From Flavobacterium sp. (GTDB taxonomy: Bacteria; Bacteroidota; Bacteroidia; Flavobacteriales; Flavobacteriaceae), in contig NZ_JBILJG010000005.1 in NCBI RefSeq assembly GCF_044377315.1, positions 32,618 to 96,617 on the forward strand: a stretch of DNA of 64,000 bases, given 5' to 3'. The position numbers were made by a program, and so were the translations under genes. Positions 46,674 through 54,556 of the stretch are shown here, piece by piece. How positions within the stretch are numbered: position 1 is the first letter of the stretch; each line of letters starts with the position of its first letter. Under the pieces are notes generated by a model, which was given only the letters and a program-made list of their open reading frames with translations, was not told the origin of the DNA and did no database searches.

Positions 46674-47567
46674 CTAATATCCTTCTGTTGGGATTTCTAT
46701 TTCGTATTTTTTCTTATTTGGATTTAGCAATTTTGTGTCTCTCAACCAAGGATTGTGAATTTTTAAAATCTTGTAATTAATTCCTTGACCGATTGCAAAA
46801 CTTGCTAAATTCGTAATTGACGAATCAACCTCAACTTTTTTGGTTGGAATATAATTGTAAAGCTCTTCGCTAGAAATAGTAAAACCAAAATTTGTTGGAG
46901 TTTTCATAATTTCTTTCAATGCTAAAATTCGGAAAACGTATCTTGATGTTTCTTCATTTAGTAACAAATCATAATAACTTGCCACTTTTTGGCTTTCAAT
47001 TTGTTTGTTTACACCAGCTGTTCCACCATTGTAAGCAGCTGCTGCCAATGTCCAATTTCCAAATTTTTCTTTAGCTTGAATTAGGTATTTACATGCTGCT
47101 TCTGTAGCTTTTTCAAGATGGTATCTTTCGTCAACGGTTTCTGTAACTTCCATACCGTTTTCTCTTGCTGTTGCTGGCATAAATTGCCAAATTCCTCTTG
47201 CTCCGGCAGGTGAAACAGCATTGGTCAAATTACTTTCGATTACGGCTAAATATTTAAAATCATCAGGAATACCATTTTTCTTTAAAATAGGTTCCATAAT
47301 TGGAAAAATTCTGTTGGCTCGTTTCAATATTAGTATTGTTGACGAATGCAAATTAGCATTTACCAATAATTCTCTATCAAAACGTTCTCTAACATCTGAA
47401 ATATTTAAAGGTGTTTTTTCTCCAGCAAAATCTACGCTTACTGGAAAATATTGTGTCGTACCTTGGCGTGTAATAGCGTTTTTTGTTTCTGTTGAAACCG
47501 AATGAATTAACGCACCACTAACTACTAGTAATCCTAAAATCAATCCTATTTTATTTCCTTTTATCAT
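46674..47567 (-). CDS. Lytic transglycosylase (SLT domain) protein
   Basis: 297 aa with a signal/anchor sequence. The SLT motifs are AVIESNLTN..SPAGARGIWQFMPATA..AAAYNGG. Confidence 0.85.
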   Translation of the reverse strand: MIKGNKIGLILGLLVVSGALIHSVSTETKNAITRQGTTQYFPVSVDFAGEKTPLNISDVRERFDRELLVNANLHSSTILILKRANRIFPIMEPILKKNGIPDDFKYLAVIESNLTNAVSPAGARGIWQFMPATARENGMEVTETVDERYHLEKATEAACKYLIQAKEKFGNWTLAAAAYNGGTAGVNKQIESQKVASYYDLLLNEETSRYVFRILALKEIMKTPTNFGFTISSEELYNYIPTKKVEVDSSITNLASFAIGQGINYKILKIHNPWLRDTKLLNPNKKKYEIEIPTEGY

Positions 47568-47621
47568 AGTTAGTTTATTTTGTATTTAGGTAAACTTACA
47601 AAAATCGAGCCGAAAGCCAAA

Positions 47622-48281
47622 TTATTCTCCCAAAATTATTTTGGGCAAATTGGTATTAAACCATTTGTATTTATTCAAAATCATGGTGTGCGTTCCGCCT
47701 TTAACATTGATAAATTGTTTGATATTCTTGGCTGGAAAAACCTCATCGGCGTCACCATGAATATGAATTATTTCTGGATCGATTTTTATTCTTTTCCAAC
47801 AAATCATTTGCTCAATAGCCCAATCTAAGTAGCTTTTATTGCGCATGTGAAGATATTTTTCATAGAGTTTTAATTTCTTTTTTAACATATCTCCAAAAGC
47901 ATATTTGGTAAGCAATTCAACATCTTGCATCAAACCTGTTGGCAAAAGTTTATAGGCTTTTGTAGATTTAGCAATTTTCATTCTGTTAGGTAATTCTACA
48001 TTAGAACGAACGCTCGAAATGATAATTACTTTTTTAGGATTGAGAAATTGTTTCATTTCTTGCACTAAAACACCTCCAAACGAAACTCCAATAAGAACTG
48101 CATTGTCATCATTAACTTTTTCAGCCATTCGTTTTGCATAACTTTTTAGTGATTCATTTCCAACGGGAAGCACCCATTCCAGTAGATGCACTTCAAAAGT
48201 TTCTGGTGGCAAATTGATATATTCAAAAATGGTTGGACTTGCCGCTAATCCAGGCATGAAGTAAACGGGAATTTTAGACAT
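47622..48281 (-). CDS. Alpha/beta hydrolase
   Basis: 219 aa with the nucleophile elbow GVSFGG and a C-terminal HGDADEVFP..GGTH catalytic Asp/His context. Confidence 0.75.
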   Translation of the reverse strand: MSKIPVYFMPGLAASPTIFEYINLPPETFEVHLLEWVLPVGNESLKSYAKRMAEKVNDDNAVLIGVSFGGVLVQEMKQFLNPKKVIIISSVRSNVELPNRMKIAKSTKAYKLLPTGLMQDVELLTKYAFGDMLKKKLKLYEKYLHMRNKSYLDWAIEQMICWKRIKIDPEIIHIHGDADEVFPAKNIKQFINVKGGTHTMILNKYKWFNTNLPKIILGE

Positions 48282-48360
48282 ATTTTCGTTGATTCTTTTA
48301 GTAAAACCAGTTTATTATACTTAATTTTGCATAAATTTAAATAATTAAAATGAATTGGCT

Positions 48361-48672
48361 ATGGATGCAGCAGAATTATTAGAAAAATTAGAAATTAAAG
48401 ATAACACTTTCGCAAGACAATTTGAAACACTTGTAGATGGGAAAATGGTTTCAGTTGAATATTCTTTTCAAGAAAAAAAGATTTTTTTAACGCGCATAAA
48501 TACATTTGATGGTTTTGAAAACGAAGAATTTATTACGACTTTTTTGAAAAACATCATGGAAATTGCCTACGAACGTAAACTAAAAGTCGTTCCTATTTTA
48601 CCAAAAATTGCCCTTTTCTTTAGAAAAAACACAATTTATAGAGATTTATTGCCGCCAGGTATTAAGATATAA
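48361..48672 (+). CDS. Small GNAT-like (YjdJ-type) acetyltransferase-fold protein
   Basis: About 103 aa from the ATG at 48361 (the track start at 48355 is TTG). The pattern ..F..LVDGK.VSVEYSF...KIFLT......G...EEF....L..I...A.....KVVP.. resembles the GCN5-related C-terminal-type domain. A TAATTTTG box lies upstream. Confidence 0.5.
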   Translation: MDAAELLEKLEIKDNTFARQFETLVDGKMVSVEYSFQEKKIFLTRINTFDGFENEEFITTFLKNIMEIAYERKLKVVPILPKIALFFRKNTIYRDLLPPGIKI

Positions 48673-48696
48673 TTTTTTGAAATTCCAAAAAAAAAC

Positions 48697-48743
48697 AAAA
48701 ATTCCAAATTCCAATATTTAAAAACTTGGGATTTGGAATTTTT
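48697..48743 (+). terminator. Long hairpin terminator
   Basis: AAAATTCCAAATTCCAA-N11-TTGGGATTTGGAATTTT (16 of 17 bp complementary) followed by T residues. Confidence 0.65.
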
Positions 48744-48766
48744 AGTTGAATTAGTATCTTTATCAA

Positions 48767-49108
48767 ATGAATTCTGAAGAACTAAATTCCGCTATTATTT
48801 CATTTTTTGAAACTATTGAAAAATATTATGGATGCAAAACAGAAATTACTGAAGGTTTGTTTTCAGAGTTAGATGATTTGGACGCCAACTTAACCACATG
48901 GAATTTATCAGAATTTGATTTAATTCGCTCCGCTTATCGTAATAATGGTGGTAGATTTATGTTTGAAGGAGACAAAATGTACTACGAAATTTCAGGTGAA
49001 AGAATAATTGAATTTAGACAACCTGGCAGAAACAAATTTGAATTTATTGAACAATACAGCGAAACCGTTTTTAGGATTACTAAGATTCGGTTTCATTATA
49101 AATATTGA
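48767..49108 (+). CDS. Hypothetical protein
   Basis: 113-aa ORF with normal codon usage and no motif I recognise. Confidence 0.45.
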   Translation: MNSEELNSAIISFFETIEKYYGCKTEITEGLFSELDDLDANLTTWNLSEFDLIRSAYRNNGGRFMFEGDKMYYEISGERIIEFRQPGRNKFEFIEQYSETVFRITKIRFHYKY

Positions 49109-49283
49109 TTTTTTTGTATAACGTATATTGTATAATTGTATAGTGTATCAGGCAATATTATTGACTACAAATAATTTACTTTTATTTCAAAAACAATAAA
49201 TTATTAGACAAACCACCTTAGAAAATACAATTTTACAATATACATTATACAATTTTACAGTATACAATTTTACAGTATACAAT

Positions 49284-50624
49284 TTATACATTTATTGCTA
49301 AAAATTCCAATCTAACACTTCCATCTTCATCAATTTTGGTCAAATAAATTTCGTGTAAAGTATTAACCAAATCTGGATTCCAAGGCGTTTTTACTTTTAC
49401 ATAATTTTCTGTAAATCCGTGAATGTAACCTTCTTTGTTTTCGCTTTCGAATAAAACGGTTCTTTTGGTTCCGATTTGACTTTCGTAAAAAGCACGTCGT
49501 TTTTTAACCGATAAACCGCGTAACATTTTGCTGCGTTTGTTTCTAACATTCATTGGAACAACATCTGGCATTTCAGCAGCTTCAGTATTATCTCTTTCGG
49601 AATAAGTAAAAACGTGAAGATAGGAAATCTCCATTTCATTTAAGAAATTATATGTTTCCAAAAACTCTTCATCAGTTTCACCAGGAAAACCAACTATAAC
49701 ATCTACACCAATACATGCATGAGGCATAACTTCACGAATTTTCGTAACTCTATCAGTATAAACTTCTCGAAGATAACGACGTTTCATTTTTTTCAAAATC
49801 TCGTTACTTCCACTTTGCAGCGGAATATGAAAATGCGGCACAAATGTTCGACTTTTTGAAACAAATTCGATGGTTTCATTTTTCAACAAATTAGGTTCAA
49901 TTGATGAAATTCTCAAACGTTCAATTCCTTCCACTTTATCTAACGCTTTTACCAAATCAAGGAAAGTATGTTCATGTTTTTTGTTACCAAACTCACCTTT
50001 TCCGTAATCTCCAATGTTTACACCTGTTAAAACAATTTCCTTGATTCCTTTTTGAGAAATTTCGGAAGCATTTTTCAAAACATTTTCCAAAGCATCACTT
50101 CTAGAAATTCCTCTTGCAAGTGGAATTGTGCAATAGGTACATTTATAATCACAACCATCTTGCACTTTCAAAAAAGCACGTGTTCTGTCGCCAAAAGAAT
50201 AACTTCCAACGTAAAAATCGGCTTCTTCGATTTCGCATGAATGAATTTCGCCCAAATCATTTTTGGACAAGTCATTTAAATAATCGGTGATTTTGAATTT
50301 TTCTGTAGCACCAAGAACCAAATCAACACCATCTACCGAAGCTAATTCTTCAGGTTTCAACTGAGCATAACAACCAACGGCAGCAACAAACGCTTTTTCG
50401 TTAAGCTTCATTGCTTTTTTTACAATCTGCTTGAATTGCTTATCTGCATTATCGGTTACCGAGCAAGTATTGATTACATATATATCGGCAATTTCTTCAA
50501 AATCAACACGTTCAAAACCTTCGTCTTGAAAATTACGCGCAATTGTAGAGGTTTCAGAGAAATTCAACTTGCATCCTAAAGTGTAGAATGCTACTTTCTT
50601 TTTGTTTATCATAGGTAAGCTCAA
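49284..50624 (-). CDS. mtaB: tRNA t6A37 methylthiotransferase MtaB
   Basis: 446 aa with the MTTase N-terminal Cys triad (GCKLN..NTCSV..GCY), the radical-SAM motif CDYKCTYC, and a TRAM-like C-terminus. Confidence 0.88.
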   Translation of the reverse strand: MSLPMINKKKVAFYTLGCKLNFSETSTIARNFQDEGFERVDFEEIADIYVINTCSVTDNADKQFKQIVKKAMKLNEKAFVAAVGCYAQLKPEELASVDGVDLVLGATEKFKITDYLNDLSKNDLGEIHSCEIEEADFYVGSYSFGDRTRAFLKVQDGCDYKCTYCTIPLARGISRSDALENVLKNASEISQKGIKEIVLTGVNIGDYGKGEFGNKKHEHTFLDLVKALDKVEGIERLRISSIEPNLLKNETIEFVSKSRTFVPHFHIPLQSGSNEILKKMKRRYLREVYTDRVTKIREVMPHACIGVDVIVGFPGETDEEFLETYNFLNEMEISYLHVFTYSERDNTEAAEMPDVVPMNVRNKRSKMLRGLSVKKRRAFYESQIGTKRTVLFESENKEGYIHGFTENYVKVKTPWNPDLVNTLHEIYLTKIDEDGSVRLEFLAINV

Positions 50625-50656
50625 TTGATGAAATCGTTGTCAAAAAATTGAGAGTG

Positions 50657-50664
50657 CAAATTTA
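50657..50664 (-). promoter_or_regulatory. -7 promoter box (TAAATTTG) for mtaB
   Basis: The minus strand reads TAAATTTG, 33 nt upstream of the ATG. Confidence 0.5.
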
Positions 50665-50671
50665 AATAAAA

Positions 50672-50724
50672 TAGCCACAGATTCACAGATTTTTAAAATT
50701 ATTTTATCTGTGAATCTGTGGCTA
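50672..50724 (-). terminator. Perfect 19-bp inverted repeat hairpin, the likely terminator of the GlmU-family gene
   Basis: TAGCCACAGATTCACAGAT-N15-ATCTGTGAATCTGTGGCTA. The minus strand continues TTTTATTT. Confidence 0.7.
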
Positions 50725-50735
50725 AACTAATTAAA

Positions 50736-51911
50736 CTATTCTTTTCTATATTTTTTAGTTTCTTCAAAAACGTGTTCTAAAATTTTAGCCTCTTCTTCGG
50801 TAAAGTCAACATGACGTCTTGACATTACAATTTTAGCCGTTTGAAAAGCTTTATTGGTCATGTAAGTAGTAAAACCTGAAGCACCACCCCATGAAAAACT
50901 TGGTACAAAATTGCGAGGAAAACCAGAACCAAAAATATTGGTTGAAACTCCCACAACTGTTCCTGTATTAAACATAGTATTGATACCGCATTTGCTGTGA
51001 TCTCCCATCATCAAACCACAAAATTGCAATCCGGTTCTAGCAAAGTTTTCGGTTTCGTAGCTCCATAACTTAACTTCTTCGTAGTTGTTTTTAAGATTCG
51101 AATTATTACTATCAGCACCAATGTTGCACCATTCTCCTAAAACAGAATTTCCTAAAAATCCGTCATGACCTTTGTTAGAATAACCCATTAAAACGGAATT
51201 ATTTACTTCACCGCCGATACGACAATGAGGACCAACAGTTGTTGCTCCATAAACTTTGGTTGCTAATTTTACTTGCGCTTCTTCACATAGTGCAAAAGGG
51301 CCACGTATAACAGAGCCTTCCATGATTTCTGAATTTATTCCTATGTAAATTGGACCTGTCGAAGCATTTAAAGTAACATATTCAAGCTTTGCTCCTTCTT
51401 CAATAAAAATATTTTCGGGTGCAATTACATTTACACTTTTGGGGATTGGTTGCGAAGTTCTATCTTCAGTGATTAAATCAAAATCTTCACGAATAGCGGC
51501 ATCATTTTTGGCAAAAATATCCCAAGTATGCTCAACTGTAAGACATTCTTGATTGAATTCTATAATTTCGTATGAGTCAAAATCAACCTCGTCTTGAGTT
51601 TCATTTGTATAAAATGCAACCACTTCATCACCTTTGAAAATTACTTGGTTTCTCTCTAGATTTTTTACCAATTCAGCTAAAGTTTCATTTGGCAAAAACG
51701 AAGCGTTTATCATAACATTTTCTTCCATTTCAACCATTGGATATTTTACAGAAAGATATTCTTCTGTTAAAGTTGTGGTAGTTGAGCCTAAATATTTTTC
51801 CCATTTTTCACGAATGGTTAGAATTCCGATGCGAATATCGGCTACTGGTCTTGTAAATGTAAAGGGTAATAATGCGTTGCGAACGGTTCCGTCAAAAAGT
51901 ATGTAGTTCAT
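50736..51911 (-). CDS. GlmU-family sugar nucleotidyltransferase/acyltransferase-like protein
   Basis: 391 aa with an N-terminal nucleotidyltransferase-like region (ALLPFTFTRPVADIRIG) and a C-terminal left-handed beta-helix with hexapeptide repeats. Confidence 0.75.
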   Translation of the reverse strand: MNYILFDGTVRNALLPFTFTRPVADIRIGILTIREKWEKYLGSTTTTLTEEYLSVKYPMVEMEENVMINASFLPNETLAELVKNLERNQVIFKGDEVVAFYTNETQDEVDFDSYEIIEFNQECLTVEHTWDIFAKNDAAIREDFDLITEDRTSQPIPKSVNVIAPENIFIEEGAKLEYVTLNASTGPIYIGINSEIMEGSVIRGPFALCEEAQVKLATKVYGATTVGPHCRIGGEVNNSVLMGYSNKGHDGFLGNSVLGEWCNIGADSNNSNLKNNYEEVKLWSYETENFARTGLQFCGLMMGDHSKCGINTMFNTGTVVGVSTNIFGSGFPRNFVPSFSWGGASGFTTYMTNKAFQTAKIVMSRRHVDFTEEEAKILEHVFEETKKYRKE

Positions 51912-51950
51912 TTTAAAAGTTTAAAAGTTTAAAAGTTTAAAAGTTTAAAA
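51912..51950 (-). repeat. Four tandem copies of an octamer (AAACTTTT on the coding strand) abutting the start codon
   Basis: The plus strand has G at 51919, 51927, 51935 and 51943, an exact 8-nt period. The minus strand reads TTTTTTTAAACTTTTAAACTTTTAAACTTTTAAACTTTTAAA-ATG. Confidence 0.85.
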
Positions 51951-51969
51951 AAACTGATAAAACTCTGTT

Positions 51970-51977
51970 CAAAGTTA
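51970..51977 (-). promoter_or_regulatory. -7 promoter box (TAACTTTG) for the GlmU-family gene
   Basis: The minus strand reads TAACTTTG, 59 nt upstream of the ATG. Confidence 0.45.
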
Positions 51978-51992
51978 CAAAGTTTATTGCAT

Positions 51993-52022
51993 AAAAAAAA
52001 CCTTCCAAAATATTGAAAGGTT
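51993..52022 (-). terminator. Intrinsic terminator of rpmE2
   Basis: The minus strand reads AACCTTTC-AATATTTT-GGAAGGTT followed by T8. Confidence 0.75.
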
Positions 52023-52045
52023 TTAAGTATTTGAACACTAAAAGA

Positions 52046-52297
52046 CTATTTAGCGTGTTTAGCGTATTTAGTTTTAAATTTATCAATACGTCCTGCAGTA
52101 TCAATAAGTTTAGATTTACCTGTGTAAAAAGGGTGAGACGTTCTAGAAATCTCCATTTTAAAAACTGGATATTCTACACCTTCGTGTGTGATTGTTTCTT
52201 TAGTTTCAACTGTAGATTTAGTAATAAAAACATCTTCATTTGACATGTCTTTAAAAGCAACTAATCTGTAATTTTCTGGGTGTACACCTTTTTTCAT
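52046..52297 (-). CDS. rpmE2: 50S ribosomal protein L31, type B (no zinc ribbon)
   Basis: 83 aa. MKKGVHPENYRLVAFKDMSNEDVFITKST.. lacks the CxxC pairs of type A L31. Confidence 0.92.
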   Translation of the reverse strand: MKKGVHPENYRLVAFKDMSNEDVFITKSTVETKETITHEGVEYPVFKMEISRTSHPFYTGKSKLIDTAGRIDKFKTKYAKHAK

Positions 52298-52403
52298 TTT
52301 TGTAAATCTTTATTTGTTATGAAGTAGTTTGTCTTGATGCTTTTAAAATCAAAAGGTATCAACTTACTACAACTTTTGTTGTTTCAATTTTTATTTGAGA
52401 GTG

Positions 52404-52411
52404 CAAATTTA
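52404..52411 (-). promoter_or_regulatory. -7 promoter box (TAAATTTG) for rpmE2
   Basis: The minus strand reads TAAATTTG, 107 nt upstream of the ATG, which implies a ~100-nt leader. Confidence 0.5.
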
Positions 52412-52489
52412 CAACTATTTTTTAATATTCAAACTAATGTGTAACTTTTTTTAATTCTTAACATTTTACTGTAGTAATTATGGATTTGT

Positions 52490-52497
52490 TATATTTG
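52490..52497 (+). promoter_or_regulatory. -7 promoter box (TATATTTG) for the DUF4199 gene
   Basis: Matches TAnnTTTG, 28 nt upstream of the ATG. Confidence 0.5.
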
Positions 52498-52525
52498 TAG
52501 ATTATTTTAAAAAGATACTTTTTAT

Positions 52526-53068
52526 ATGGGAAACAAGACTTCAATCTCAAAGTTTGCACTTCAATACGGGATTTTATTTGGTATTATAATGATTCTTGAA
52601 TTTGTTATTGGATATATTTTAAATATTGATCCAACCACAAATCAAAGTTTTGGCGTAATTATTAGCGTTTTGAATTACTTTATTTTACCTGCCATTCTAA
52701 TTTATGTTGCTTGCAATGCATACAAAACGAAATTTAACAATGGTTTTATTAGTTTTAGTCAATGTTTAAAAATTGGTGTTACTATATGTGTTATTGCTGG
52801 TTTGCTTTATGGTCTTTTTAGTGCTACTTTCGGCATGATGTTTCCAGAATATTTTGAGGAAATGATGAAAAAAATGAGAATTGTTATGCGAGATAAAAAT
52901 CCTCAAATGACTTCAGAACAAATTGACATGGCAATCACTATGAGTAAAAAGTTTATGAATCCAGTAATTTCTATTCCAATTACCGTTATTATGTATGCCT
53001 TTATTGGATTACTAATTTCATTAATTATTGGTGCAATTGTAAAGAAAGATCCAAATCAAAGCATCTAA
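52526..53068 (+). CDS. DUF4199-like membrane protein
   Basis: 180 aa with 4 TM helices and an N-terminus ..KFALQYGILFGIIMILEFVIGYIL typical of DUF4199. Confidence 0.7.
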   Translation: MGNKTSISKFALQYGILFGIIMILEFVIGYILNIDPTTNQSFGVIISVLNYFILPAILIYVACNAYKTKFNNGFISFSQCLKIGVTICVIAGLLYGLFSATFGMMFPEYFEEMMKKMRIVMRDKNPQMTSEQIDMAITMSKKFMNPVISIPITVIMYAFIGLLISLIIGAIVKKDPNQSI

Positions 53069-53075
53069 AAAAAGA

Positions 53076-54029
53076 ATGAACTTATCCATTGTTATCCCAT
53101 TATTAAACGAACAAGAATCGTTACCCGAGTTGCACTCATGGATTGTTAAAGTCATGACTGCCAACAATTATTCATACGAAATACTTTTTATAGACGACGG
53201 AAGCACTGATGATTCTTGGCAAACAATTTGTGACATTTCAGCAAAAGATTCGAATGTAAAAGGCATTCGGTTTATGAAAAATTATGGCAAATCGCAAGCG
53301 TTACATGCTGGTTTTGCTAAAGCGCAAGGTGATGTTATTATTACCATGGATGCCGATTTGCAAGATAGTCCAGACGAAATTCCTGAATTATTTGATATGA
53401 TTACTAATGGTGGTTATGAACTAGTTTCTGGCTGGAAAAAGAAACGTTATGACCATGTAGTAACAAAAAATTTGCCTTCAAAATTATTCAATTGGGCTGC
53501 TCGAAAAACATCGGGCGTGCAACTAAATGATTTTAATTGTGGCTTGAAAGCCTATAAAAATATTGTTATAAAAAACATTGAAGTTTCTGGTGAAATGCAC
53601 CGTTATATTCCGGTTTTGGCGAAAAATGCTGGTTTTAAGAAGATTGGCGAAAAAACAGTAATTCATCAAGCTCGAAAATATGGCGAATCTAAATTTGGGA
53701 TAAGTCGTTTTATTAATGGTTTTTTAGATTTGATAACGATTTGGTTTTTGTCTCGTTACGGAAAAAGACCGATGCATCTTTTTGGTGCTGCTGGTGTTTT
53801 GATGTTTATTATTGGATTTTTGGCAACTGGATTTATAATAACATTAAAGTTAATCAAACTTTACTCTGGATTTGAAACGATATTAGTTACAGATAATCCG
53901 TTGTTTTATATTGCCTTAACATCGATGATGATTGGAACACAATTATTCTTAGCAGGATTTTTAGGAGAAATTATTTTGCGTACAAAAAATAATGAAGAAC
54001 GTTATAAGATTTCAGATAGTGTGAATTGA
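53076..54029 (+). CDS. Family 2 glycosyltransferase (polyprenyl-phosphate sugar transferase-like)
   Basis: 317 aa with a GT-A fold (SIVIPLLNE.., FIDDGSTDDS, the DAD motif in TMDADLQD) and two C-terminal TM helices as in GtrB/DPM1-like enzymes. Confidence 0.9.
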   Translation: MNLSIVIPLLNEQESLPELHSWIVKVMTANNYSYEILFIDDGSTDDSWQTICDISAKDSNVKGIRFMKNYGKSQALHAGFAKAQGDVIITMDADLQDSPDEIPELFDMITNGGYELVSGWKKKRYDHVVTKNLPSKLFNWAARKTSGVQLNDFNCGLKAYKNIVIKNIEVSGEMHRYIPVLAKNAGFKKIGEKTVIHQARKYGESKFGISRFINGFLDLITIWFLSRYGKRPMHLFGAAGVLMFIIGFLATGFIITLKLIKLYSGFETILVTDNPLFYIALTSMMIGTQLFLAGFLGEIILRTKNNEERYKISDSVN

Positions 54030-54030
54030 T

Positions 54031-54377
54031 TCTTTAAAGTCACAAATTGTGACCTTAAAGAATGGAAGAGGTCAACACTCAAAATTTTTGCCTTTTGCTT
54101 TTAAGGAACAAGGAATTGCAATGCTTTCGAGTGTTCTAAATTTTGAAAAAGCTATTAAAGTTAATATTTCAATTAATAAGAACTTTTGTAACTTTTAGAC
54201 AATTTTCGTTTTCTTATGCTGAATTGAAAACTAGAATTGAAGAAATAGAAAATTAGTTTGCTCCGCCAGTTCGCTCTTTCAGGCTCGAGTCCAGACATTT
54301 ATAAAGCACTAAATTATTTGGTCGATAAAGATAAAACAACGTGCGATAACAAAGAAAGAACCAAGATTGGTTACTGA
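54031..54377 (+). pseudogene. 5'-truncated, frameshifted ORF6N-domain gene relic
   Basis: Frame 1 reads SLKSQIVTLKNGRGQHSKFLPFAFKEQGIAMLSSVLNFEKAIKVNISINKNFCNF*, matching the conserved core of ORF6N proteins (..SQIVTS..GRGG.RY.PYAFTEQGVAMLSSVL.SE.AI.VNI.IMRAF). Later pieces lie in other frames (SYAELKTRIEEIEN*, PDIYKALNYLVDKDKTTCDNKERTKIGY*). There is no N-terminal third and no start codon. Confidence 0.6.
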
Positions 54378-54464
54378 TTTATACAGAATGACAAAAGAAT
54401 GCAAATAAGCTTAGCCATGATTACCTCACTAAAACATTTATTTTCATAGGTGTTCGGTGAACAC

Positions 54465-54542
54465 TTCGTGTTTGCAGTGGAAATCCTTTCATTTTTTTCT
54501 TTAAAAAATGAAAGATTGTAACGGAAAGCGGGAAATAGCTTC
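54465..54542 (+). repeat. Intergenic palindromic element, copy E
   Basis: TTCGTGTTTGCAGTGGAAATCC - perfect 12-bp hairpin CTTTCATTTTTT/TCTTT/AAAAAATGAAAG - ATTGTAACGGAAAGCGGGAAATAGCTTC. It ends 15 nt before the phosphoglucomutase ATG. Confidence 0.75.
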
Positions 54543-54556
54543 AAAAATAATATATA

